From: Hydrolagus affinis
Lineage: Eukaryota
Direction of reading: 5' to 3'
Assembly (NCBI GenBank): GCA_012026655.1
Contig: JAAILG010001239.1
Location: 1-64,000, forward strand
DNA: 64,000 bases
In this document: one piece after another, positions 1 to 10,128 of the stretch
How positions within the stretch are numbered: the stretch's first letter is position 1
How the letters are laid out: every line of letters starts with the position of its first letter
Made by a program: the position numbers and the translations under genes
The notes under the pieces: model-generated
What the model saw: the letters and a program-made list of their open reading frames with translations, nothing else
What the model was told of the DNA's origin: nothing
Database searches by the model: none

Positions 1-335
1 CTGCTGCTGCCGCTGCCCGGGCGGCCGAGGCCGAAGCCCCGTCACCCGCTCCTCCCAACCCCCGCCGGACACTGACCAAACCCCGGCTGACAGCGCGCCG
101 GCCACCCCTCCTGTTTACTGTATTTCTCTCTCCCTCCCCGGCTGCCTGGCTGCCTGCCTCCCTCTCTCCCTGCCTGCCTGCCTCTCTCTCTCCCTACCTA
201 CCTGTCTCTCCTGTCTCTCCTCCATTCTGCCGGCAATATCATCGAAAATGCTTCTGTTTTTTTTTCCCCAAGAAAAGGTCAAAAGTGGGGGGTGCGCCTT
301 ATACGCGGGTGCGCCTTATACGCGGAGATATACGG
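1..335. mobile_element. End of a non-autonomous Tc1/mariner-superfamily (Tc2/pogo-like) DNA transposon, cut by the window edge
   Basis: Terminal sequence (reverse complement) CCGTATATCTCCGCGTATAAGGCGCACCCGCGTATAAGGCGCACC with an internal direct repeat, followed by TA at 336-337. CpGs are intact, suggesting a young copy. Confidence 0.65.
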
Positions 336-1031
336 TACATCAAAGTTAAATGACCTACATCAGGAATTTCGGAATGTGTTCATTAATTGCTCTCTAAATA
401 CCATTGCATCACTGGGAAGGTGACAGCAGTTATGTATTTCTTCAGTAATGAGTGAGGCGACTATGTGGAATTTTGTATTGAGGGTCACAGAGACCTTGTT
501 CAAGCTCAGTACACACTGGGAAAGTATTTATTTAAACATTCATCTAAAAGGCCCGGTTATCTAGAGAAGTCGAGCACTTTGAAAACATTACCTCGAAAGA
601 ACGTAAGAAAACAAAGGACGAGAAAAGGTCAACACACATACTCCTTCTACATTCCATATTGTCCAAAGAGGAAAGATTAGCTTCAGTCACCTTATGGATA
701 GTGTGCATTCTGTTGCTCTAGCTAATGCTTGCCACTGGCTATTAGACCCTGGAAATCACTAGTGATATAGAAATATAAAGCAGCTGAACCCATTACTGCT
801 GCAGTTCTGTTTGTCAATCCCACAACCCTAATGTAGAAGGACACATAGTTTTAATTCATGGAAGCATTTCTCTGCACTGAGGTTCCTGCAGTGAGGTTTC
901 CTGTTATGTTAGACTCATTCGTGCACGAGGTACAGAGTGATAATTGTAAGAAAGGTACCAAATTAATCATTTTAACTACTCCACACTGTAACATATTAGT
1001 CGGAGACGCTATGATTTATAACAGCAACATT

Positions 1032-1170
1032 TCATAGAATTATACAGCACAGAAAGAGGCCAATTGGCCCATCATGCCTGAGCCAGCTCTGTTAAAAGAG
1101 CTATCCAAATCAATCCCTCTTCTCCATTCTCTTTCAATGGGCCTGTAAAATGTATCCTCCCCAATATTTC
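1032..1170 (-). mobile_element. CR1-type LINE 3' end fragment
   Basis: CATAGAATTATACAGCACAGAAAGAGGCC...GGCCCATC matches the CR1 3' ends at 17425 and 46451. Confidence 0.7.
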
Positions 1171-1488
1171 TTACTGAAATAAACTTCATTATAAACTCAG
1201 GGATGAATATAGCAGGCGACTTTATGGTGGGAAACATAGGAATGCATCTCCAGCAATGCTGTGTCCCCTCAGTTGGCAGCATTCAGAGGAGTGAGTGCTA
1301 CCAACTGAGCCAAGATGATACCTATTGTTGCACTGCTGGAGTTTTGCATTCAATTTGGGCCCCTCATTGCACGAGGAACACCACACTTATAGCAAGTGAG
1401 CATGCAGTAAAGAATCACAACAGCAACAGCAACAACACAATTACATTTACATAGCAAAGTGATAACATACATTGAAAATAAATGATAG

Positions 1489-1880
1489 TTATGTGGAGAG
1501 ATTCGAAAAGTTGAGACAGTTTTGTTTGGAGCACCAAAGATATTGAGGAGTTTAATTAAATTTTTCAGAATTATGAAAATTAATGGTGAACGGTAACGAG
1601 AGGCTATCAAATGAACATTATTATCGGAAACAAAAAAGGAAACAAGTTGGAGACCATTTTTGCACAGAGTGTTATGAAACCTACGAAATGCATTCCACAA
1701 ATGGCTGTTGAAACTGATTAAAAGCTTTTAAAATGAAATTGGAAAAATGGTTAAGGAAAAATATTCCTAGGTACTGGAAAAGGTGACAGGAATGCAATCA
1801 GAGCAAATAGCTCTAGTAGGAGAGTGAGTATCAGCTTAGATACAATGAACCAAATGGATTCTTTTTCTCCTGTAATTCTA
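1489..1880 (+). mobile_element. Degenerate CR1 LINE 3' region
   Basis: Decayed copy of the YEERL..LGLFSLE..RLRGDLI ORF2 C-terminus and a CR1-like tail (CCTGTAATTCTA). Confidence 0.6.
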
Positions 1881-1930
1881 CTAAATTAGCTACTTGTATT
1901 GATTAGAGAGCTGTAAAGAGTTACGATATG

Positions 1931-1940
1931 TTTATTTATT
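1931..1940 (-). terminator. GCKR: GCKR polyadenylation signal (two overlapping AATAAA)
   Basis: TTTATTTATT on plus = AATAAATAAA on minus, about 75-85 nt past the stop codon. Confidence 0.6.
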
Positions 1941-2015
1941 GTCTCAAAATGAAGCAACATTATAATTTCATATTTTGCTGTTCGGAAATGATTGCTCTCA
2001 AAAGGGCTGTTGTTT

Positions 2016-2183
2016 TCATTCACCCAATTCATCTGCTTGTCTCTGCTCTGCTGTCTTTTTCAGCCCAGAGGCAGTCACACAAGTATTGATGGCATCTCGC
2101 ACAACTGGACTGGACACAAGTCGAGTTTTTGCTTCAGAGATGGAACAGTTTTTAATTAAAGCGACCACGGCTGTAGGTACGAC
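2016..2183 (-). CDS. GCKR: GCKR coding exon 19 (last): VVPTAVVALIKNCSISEAKTRLVSSPVVRDAINTCVTASGLKKTAEQRQADELGE*
   Basis: Acceptor ttcag, TGA at 2016-2018; aligns to human VIPIALLSLLFRCSITEAQAHL. Confidence 0.93.
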   Translation of the reverse strand, partial: VVPTAVVALIKNCSISEAKTRLVSSPVVRDAINTCVTASGLKKTAEQRQADELGE

Positions 2184-2479
2184 CTGAATGCAAGACAAAC
2201 CATCAGAGAAATTTAGAGAGAACTCTCAATAACTTGACAATATTTTAGAAAAGAAAACAACAACTTGCATTTATATAAGACTGCTGTAGATGCAGGGTAG
2301 ATTACCAGAGGGCAGCGAATGGTGGGTTGGGGAGTAAATAAGTCAGAGAGGTAGAGTAGTGCCAGGGCACAAAGGGATTCCATCAGGGGTTCATGCCTTG
2401 ATACGTCCCCATCTCTTTGACCTACTTAGTGCCCGACTCAAAGAGCCATCAGGCCAACAAGCCTTCTCCTTTTTATAAT

Positions 2480-2790
2480 AATGATCCTTCCATTTGATAT
2501 CTTATCACATTTTTAAAGTGACTATGTCGAAGGGGATTTCTGCAGCTAATTTGTGCATAGTTATGTCCCACAGTTAGACATGAATTGAATGGCCAATTTT
2601 ATTTCTGATACTGAACTCAAACTTTTGGACTAGTACCATGAGATCGTTAATATCCAACAGAACTTGTAGACGGGGCTTTGATTTAATATCTCATCTGATG
2701 GACAGCATCTCTGAAAAAGCAGCGAACCCCAGCATTGGGAGTTCAAAGTCTCAATGTGGCGCTTGAAACGACAACCTTCTGACTTAGGAG
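2480..2790 (-). mobile_element. Degenerate Deu-domain SINE
   Basis: Reverse complement contains GATGCTGTCCATCAGATGAGATATTAAATCAAAGCCCCGTCT, matching the Deu core in other copies. Confidence 0.55.
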
Positions 2791-3450
2791 CAAAGCCAAC
2801 ACCTGGCTTTTTGTCAGTTCTTGACTCCAGTTTCTGTCTTCACACTACAGTATAACATTCAGTTTTATTCTTCAAAAATGCATTCAATTGTCTCATAAAT
2901 TCATTTATAACATCTGTCCCAAATGCTTTCTCTGATCTGTTTATTATTCCTTGGAAAATAAATACTACTTCTCCGCTAATGTCTCCCTTTAATTCAAAAT
3001 CCCTTGCATTTCATCATTTCTGCATGGTGAATAATTTGGTTAGATCAATTTTGTCTATTTTCATACTCAGAATTCCGATCCCCTATTGTAGAAAAGTCTT
3101 GCTGACTTTCGCTGACTTAAATAAGTTAATTCAGACCAAATTGTTTCCAGGAAGATTAATACATGAATTACCATTTACCACTTTTGTAGTCAACAAATTG
3201 TGCGTCTACTTTCAATGTCAAATGGCAAGGCAGTCAGCAATTAACCTCCTACAAGACACAAGAAATATTGATAGCAGTCAGTCAATTCTTCTCTTGTTCA
3301 CACTCTTTCAATAACCTTTCAGCGCTCTGCGACATTATCCTGTGTGAAGGACGCTATACAAATGCAAGTTGTTGTTGCTATTGTTCCTTACCTTCCTTTT
3401 CTTGCTCCATAAACTACAAGCATTTTAAGTTAAGTGTTTATTACTTTTAC

Positions 3451-3585
3451 CTTGTTCTTCATCGCTGCACTTTGAATGTGTTTTGAAATCTCCACATTTT
3501 TTATTTCTTCATTTAATTCATCTGTTTCATAAATTGATTGGAGTAATGTCTCAAAGCATTTTGATTTAGATTGCCCTGTAAGCTT
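3451..3585 (-). CDS. GCKR: GCKR exon 18 (135 nt): KLTGQSKSKCFETLLQSIYETDELNEEIKNVEISKHIQSAAMKNK
   Basis: tag acceptor, gtaaaa donor; human RFSGQSKARCIESLLRAI. Confidence 0.93.
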
Positions 3586-4480
3586 CTAGAGAAGATAAAG
3601 AAATTAATTTGAAGTAAATCATATTTGCATTAATCTGTATTTAAATAGCTGTTGTGATATTTATTTGAAATTAGAAGGCTGTTGAGCAATAGGAGTGTGC
3701 GTGTGCATACAAAAATATCCAGAAGGCAACAATAGGTTCCATTATGTCTGCAAGAGTATTATTTGTTTTCTGTACTTTGAAGAAAATTACCATTTTACAA
3801 AGCAAAATAGACTGTCAGTAAAACCTTTTTTTTCTATTATGTTTAATTCTTTTAAATACAACTTTTTAAAGTTTATCTTTATACATATATAATTAAACTC
3901 ATGATATTAATTTAGCATTCGAAATTAACATCTTATTTTGCATCTTATATTTTTATGTGTATATTTCTGTCCTCATTTCATGAAGACTGAAGAGTGATTT
4001 TCTGGTGTTTTACTGTTGGCAGGCATTAGTCTTAGCTTGATCATTTGTAATAAACTCAGAACAATAAGTTCAGAAGGAGCAAAACCTTTTGCACCTGAAA
4101 TTAGCAGTAACCAAGAAAGAAACCTAAGCTCAGTCAATAGAGTAATAATATGATAATTATTGCATTTGAATTGCACCTTACCACACTATAGAAATTGCTT
4201 CACAAGATGTACTGTGAAGTGTAAATAAGCCAGATATTCTGTACATTTGGGACAATTGTTGAATAGCTACAATATACAACCACCATAGAGACACAAAACT
4301 GCTGAATGGTTGCCACAAAATACTTAATCTCAGAGGTTATTTTATTTCCAACTGTCAAGACAAATATTGGGCAAGTGAGAGGACTTTGTAATACCAGCAG
4401 AGTTGCTGTAGCACAATTTATTGTAATGAATTGCTTCAAGGTCTTTTTGAAAACCAAATCTTCTTTAAAGCATCTCCTAC

Positions 4481-4630
4481 CTGTAGAAGTGACAAAGCCC
4501 GTCCAAAGAGTTTGCTGTTACTGACTCTGAGATCAATCATATGATTGTAGTAGACTTTGCCTTTCAAAACATGTGCCCCTGTACTTATTGCATTCAGTAC
4601 CCACTTCGTACACAGTTCATATTGAAACCT
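4481..4630 (-). CDS. GCKR: GCKR exon 17 (150 nt): RFQYELCTKWVLNAISTGAHVLKGKVYYNHMIDLRVSNSKLFGRALSLLQ
   Basis: cag acceptor, gtagga donor; close to human KWVLNTVSTGAHVLLGKILQNHMLDLRISNSKLF. Confidence 0.97.
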
Positions 4631-4774
4631 CTGTGTAAAGTAAGGACAAAGTAGTTATTAGGATCATTACATAAACCTGGATATTAATACTATCAATAGT
4701 ATGGTTTTGATAAGAACATCCTGTGTTTCAGATTTAGCCTATGAATGAGTAATCAAGATGCGAGCAAGTCAGTG

Positions 4775-5035
4775 TGTATGTGAGGGAAGAGAGTATGAAA
4801 GGTACGAGATAATCAGTGTTTGAGAAAGACTATGGTGCGAGGAAGTGAGTGTGTGGGAGGGGGGGGGAAGAGAGGAAAGACCGTGAGAATGAAAGATGAG
4901 TCTGTGAGACAGAGAAAGAGAAGAGTAGGAAAGATGAGTGCTTTGAAAGAGAAAAGAGTGAGTATGAAAGGTGTGGGAAAATTAATGTATGAGAGGCAGA
5001 TGAGATGTGACAAAAGGGAGATAGGAAGGAAGGAT
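4775..5035 (+). repeat. Purine (GA)-rich low-complexity tract in GCKR intron 16
   Basis: Almost entirely G/A with GT interruptions. Confidence 0.7.
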
Positions 5036-5123
5036 TGAGTTCTCTTCATTGCTCATTCTGGCATTTCCCACTTGTTCATAATAATGTATTCCCGGTGAGC
5101 AATTAACAGCAACATGTTGTTAC

Positions 5124-5207
5124 CTGAATGTAGCTTCCTTGATCCTCGGACAACAATTTTGGCCAAGTGACATTTATTGCAACAGAAAATGTTTCCTTGA
5201 TTCGTTG
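5124..5207 (-). CDS. GCKR: GCKR exon 16 (84 nt): QRIKETFSVAINVTWPKLLSEDQGSYIQ
   Basis: ttgcag acceptor, gtaaca donor; 28 codons like human IPLKKLFPSIISITWPLLFFEYEGNFIQ. Confidence 0.92.
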
Positions 5208-5232
5208 CTGCAAATGAACAGATATCTTGTAT

Positions 5233-5296
5233 CAACAACAACAACAACTTTGATTTATATAGCACGCTCCACGCCGGACGGCATCTCAGAGCGCTT
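5233..5296 (-). mobile_element. Short L2-type retroposon 3' tail, GTCC-loop type
   Basis: AAGCGCTCTGAGATGCCGTCCGGCGTGGAGCGTGCTATATAAATCAAAG(TTG)n; related copies at 43714, 46406 and 54692. Confidence 0.7.
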
Positions 5297-6926
5297 TAAA
5301 CTTATCAAAAATAAGTTTGGTTTGAATGTAGACTTTGATGCTAAACGACATACTTGAATGTGATTGTTCAGATAATGTTGCTATTATAACAGGACTTAAT
5401 GTTAACATTTTACCCAGATAAATTGATAAGTCAAACAGTCCTATAATGACTGATGTTTAACATTTCTTTAATAAAAACTGTACAATATGTATTTCACCTT
5501 GAATACTTATAAAATGTCTTATTTTTTGTCATCTGTGTAGTTAACTTATGAAATCGTACAATTATCTATTCCCATTCTCTTATATTTATGATACTGAAAT
5601 GTAAATTTCCATTTTATCTACTTGCTCCAATATCATCTATTTTCTCAAAGTACAAAAATAGATGACAATAAATAATTTTAATACATTGTGTACCATATTC
5701 CTCACAAGTCTAGTGGGCCTTTAATCTCAGGTCTTTGTAATCTACCGGAATATTTTTCAATACCAAACTCTATATTCACTGAAATCCTTTATTCTTGTTG
5801 ACATTGAAAACCATGACCTCGATAAATTTATTCAGCATTAAAGTGTTCAGAGATATTACCCCGTGTGAAGAGTGCTATATAAATACAAATTGTTATTGTT
5901 GTAACAGAGACTGCCGCCTGCAATACACTCTGATTGCTAATTCCATGTTCAATTCTCAGTGCCAGACATTTTGCTTTGAAAGAAAAATGGGAAGCTAGAT
6001 AATTTTTAATCAATAGGTTTCTCGTAGTTGTCCCTTTAATCAGTTCAGTAAACTGGTTTCTCTTTGCACCATCAACAATATGTCGACTCATCCTGACATG
6101 ACGAAATTGTTTTTATTGGCAAGCTCCATGCTTTCCTTTGCTAAAAGATGACGAGTTACCCTGACCATTTACCGATAATATAATTATGCAAATCTTCCCA
6201 AGTATCTACGTGCATAGGTACCCATAGTCACAAGGTTTTCATTCTGAATTAGAAAACATCTAGCTGTCTTCTTGTTTGATCATATTTTCTTGCATTACCC
6301 TACATCTAATTAGAAGGCTGGTTATTTATTTAGTAATTGATTCATGTATTTGGGCTAAGTCTTTGTGTAACATTATGTTATTTGCACATACGATATTCTA
6401 AATGTACTTATCACACCAGATTTCTTACAATTTTTAAGTCTATTGGTTAATTCTACTCATTTGCTGCTTCAGAATTCCGTCAAACTTCAGCGAAATAATA
6501 TGTTCCCACATGTGGTAGACCCAACACTTCTTCAATTCTTTTTAGCATCTGACTTCCTGGATACCGAGGTTGTGTATGTCTGAAGCTCCTCCCTGTCTAT
6601 TCATGTCTAAAGTTGTTCTGCTTCTTTCTTCTCAGAGTGAAACCAGACAGGGAAAACACTCTAATTACTATAACTGTGGCACAGCTTATGAGAACGGATT
6701 ACTTCGACTCAGTACAATCTTTACTAAGTCATGAAAAATGTACGTGTTTTCAGAATTATGAAGCATCAATAATAAGACCACTGTGCGTTTTGTCAGCCAT
6801 GTGCTTCAGTACTGCCCCAACTCTGGTGACCATTTTGTATTAAATGTTAGATTGCTCTCAATTGTGGAAAACTCTTAAAATTGAATTTCAATTTAGAAGC
6901 CAATCTTCCACAGCACTTAAAAGGAA

Positions 6927-7154
6927 CTGTTGGGGGGAAATTCTACTGTGTCCTAATTCCAGAGTGTCCTAAATTTAGAAAATTATTGAATTCAGTCTTG
7001 AATTTGAAAACAGTTTTCTGTAGTTCTTAAAATAATTTATCAAAAAACTATCTTCAAAATTATGTTGTAGTTTGAAAATTTCCCAAATTCTGGACGTTCT
7101 AAAATACTACATGCCTGGAATAATTCTATAGACAGGTGGAATTTCTTCCCACAG
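6927..7154. mobile_element. Degenerate fold-back/MITE-like element in GCKR intron 15
   Basis: Left CTGTTGGGGGGAAATTCTACTGTGTC vs reverse complement of right end CTGTGGGAAGAAATTCCACCTGTC, plus a second inner inverted block. Confidence 0.55.
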
Positions 7155-7938
7155 AATTGGACAAAGTACTCTATAAATGCATATCGGTGTTGTTGAACAG
7201 GCTCACCTGACCTTGGTTTAACAATTCATCTGAAGACAATGCCACCAACCGCTCATTGGAATGTGAATCTGGAAGATGAGCTCATGTCCCAATGCTGGGC
7301 TCTTTCTGACCCACAACTTTCTGACTCAGAGGTGAATGTATTATACTTGAGCCTGGCTGACATCTACACTGGATTGGATAATGCATGTAGATAACATTAA
7401 TCAAGCTAATTGTTAAGAGGATAAACCCGATTGATATTTTAACACAACTCTTCTGTTAACAACTGTGGGGAAACTGATTATTTCAGGAAAAGAAGTTCAG
7501 TTGCCTTGAAAATAGATTTTTCTTTAGCATTTGGAGAGATATGACTATGCAACAATTGTATTTTATTATGGTGTTGTTTAAGGCAATGCTTTTTGCATTT
7601 TGGCAAATCGAAATAGGTATTACAATGAAGTAGCAATGAAAACTATCCTTAGTAGATTTTTGGTCATTTTATTCAATTAAAATCAGTATCTATGGATGTA
7701 CTGAATGTATATTACTTTGTTACAGAGGAATCCTGTTTGAATGTTTTTTAATGAACTAAGATGCTTCGGTGGGTGCCTTGGGACGTCCTCCTGATGTGAA
7801 AGGCGCTCTATAAGTGTAATTTGTTGTTGTTGTTGTTGTTGTTGGGCAAAATACATCTTTCTCACGCACAATCTTTCTTTGTGTTTTATTATCCATAGAG
7901 CACCATGAGATTGGTAGATTTGTAACATGTTTACTTAC

Positions 7939-8036
7939 TGGCACCTGGTGTTCTATTGTTGAATGCCATATTGCATACAAGTTGTTGATTGATGCCTTCA
8001 CCTGCTGTGCAATTTTCTCAATCTCCTTAAGGTCAT
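7939..8036 (-). CDS. GCKR: GCKR exon 15 (98 nt): (D)DLKEIEKIAQQVKASINNLYAIWHSTIEHQVP
   Basis: aag acceptor, gtaagt donor; ends at codon 446 (CCA, Pro). Confidence 0.93.
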
Positions 8037-8344
8037 CTTATTCAGAAAACACAGAGAATAGAAAAATGTATTATAACATTGGGGTTGAAAAAAAACTCAA
8101 CTTGATACCTTAACTTTCCTAGGGCATCACCATTGGAAAAAAGTTCCTCAGTTTCTGACACAAAGCTATATTTTCAGTAGATGATTCCCATCTGTGACAC
8201 GTAAACTTGTGAGACTTCCACTCCGAAGAGATTTGGGTTGCTTGCAAGTCAGTGTGACAGAGGAGTTTCCCCTGATGGAAACACTGTTTACATGGTCAGG
8301 TACTTGAGAAGGATTTCTTTCCTCTATAATCCCAGTATCAAGGC

Positions 8345-8910
8345 ATATAGTCGCACCTGAGTGTCAGAAGGTTCTGGGTACAAACCCCACATCAGAATTT
8401 GAAATCACATAGTCTAAGTTAACACTTGAATGCAGTGCTGAGGGTGTGTTGCATTGTTGGAAGTCCTGTCCTTCTGATAAGATATTAAACAGAGGTCCCA
8501 TTTGCCTATTCAGGTCACTGTTAAAGATCCAAAGGCACTATTCCAAGGCTAAAGGGATTAAGAGATATGGGGATTGGACGGGTAAATGGAATTAGGTTAG
8601 AAAATCAGCCATGATCTAATTAAATGGTGGGGCTAGGTCAAAAGGCTGAATGGCCTACTCGTGCTCCTATTTCTTATGTTCTTATTCAAAAAGAGAAGGG
8701 AGTTCAATAATATCCCAAATAATCTCCCAAATAAAATTGGTCACTCACTCTGTGGCTCTATGTGGGACATTGCTTTGTGCGACTGGCTGTGTTTCTCCCA
8801 CAAAATAGTCACTCCACTCTACAGTATATACTATGAAGCACTTTGAGAAGTCTCAATGACACAATAAAGCGCTATATCAAATAGAAGAACCATAATTATT
8901 ATAATAATTA
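8345..8910 (+). mobile_element. Deu-domain SINE interrupted by a CR1 3' fragment (8544-8682)
   Basis: Deu core GATAAGATATTAAACAGAGGTCCC...TTAAAGATCCAAAGGCACTATTC; the CR1 piece ends in TTCTTATG repeats and is flanked by TATTC on both sides. Confidence 0.7.
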
Positions 8911-8956
8911 TTAATAAAAACAAAGCAGTAAATACGTGAGGAAATTTGTTATGTAC

Positions 8957-9053
8957 CATCTAAGGTAAAGATGAAGATAACAGTGTCATTCTCTTGAATC
9001 GAGGGAAGCACAGCCTTTAGAAAATGTTCATGTGAGATGGCAAATTCTGGTCC
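8957..9053 (-). CDS. GCKR: GCKR exon 14 (97 nt): GPEFAISHEHFLKAVLPSIQENDTVIFIFTLD
   Basis: tttag acceptor, gtacat donor; human GPQFTFSQEDFLTSILPSLTEIDTVVFIFTLD. Confidence 0.95.
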
Positions 9054-9470
9054 CTAAATTTGGAACAAAATACATTCCTTGACCAGAAATTCTGAATATA
9101 GTATTTTCATATAAATAAAAATAGACACTAAATGCAAACATTTCTCTGTATCTATATTCTAATATTAAATTTCTTGTACTCCAAATAGTTGGAATATGCA
9201 ATTGAAAGGGAGTGAGAGCCCCAACCTCAAAGGAATGATATAACCACTTGACTCAAGCAACTGTACCTTTCGCATGCATTTCAAGTTAATACTAAGAATA
9301 GAATAAGAATTACTTGAAAAATAAATGAGTCTCTTGAATATATCTGACACAATATTCATTACAATTTTTGAAAAACATTTGTTACAATCCAATTGTTGAA
9401 GCAGCTTCTTGCTTGTTTAAATTCCCTGTAGCTAAAACTGAAATGGAATTTATAAACCCGAACCACCTAC

Positions 9471-9547
9471 CAATGACGATAGGTCTCCATCACGGTTTGC
9501 CATTTCCTTAAATCCATTGTTTACAAAACCACGCACATGGCCTGAAT
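9471..9547 (-). CDS. GCKR: GCKR exon 13 (77 nt): (D)SGHVRGFVNNGFKEMANRDGDLSSL
   Basis: tag acceptor, gtaggt donor; VRGF motif; phases fit both neighbouring exons. Confidence 0.92.
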
Positions 9548-10030
9548 CTACATTGGGGATGAAGTTGAAAAATAATACAATCATAATTAATTATTATTAT
9601 TTCTTAATCATCTGTGTTAGGTCAGTTGACATACTCTATTAAAATCGAGTGACAATAATTTGATTTTGAAATTGATCTGTTCAGTGTTTGGGAGCCACTA
9701 TAGCACTATAGCCTAACAAGTGCCTGTTTGATCAGGGTACAGAGCTTTGTGCCAGTAAGTATCCATGGAGTGGAATTTTAAATTAATTGGATTATGCGTA
9801 TGATGGAGTTGCAGAGACTATCAAGGAGGGCATTGGAATAGTCCAGACACGAGGGAGCATGTAGATGAGGAAAAGAAGGGGCCAAGAATGGAGCCTTGGG
9901 GAAACCCACAGATGACCGTGTGGGGGCAACAGAAAAACCTCAATAAAGCATTTGAATATTAACTTCAATTATATTGATTTCAGATAAATGGTTTCTCTTG
10001 AGTTAAGCAGAACAATAGAATCCCACTTAC

Positions 10031-10128
10031 CTGCTCCAAATGTTGGCACACATTCACTGGCATCAATGATTCCAATAATTCCAAGTGACTTCCAGCCAAT
10101 GTAATAAATATGGCTATTCTTTTGCAAG
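10031..10128 (-). CDS. GCKR: GCKR exon 12 (98 nt): (S)LQKNSHIYYIGWKSLGIIGIIDASECVPTFGA
   Basis: ctcag acceptor, gtaagt donor; second SIS domain motif; human HVYLVGWQTLGIIAIMDGVECIHTFGA. Confidence 0.96.

Noticed and set aside
6450-6545. Alternative candidate for GCKR exon 16 (LKKCWVYHMW...)
   Set aside because: No suitable splice sites; 5124-5207 fits length, phase and the TWP motif.
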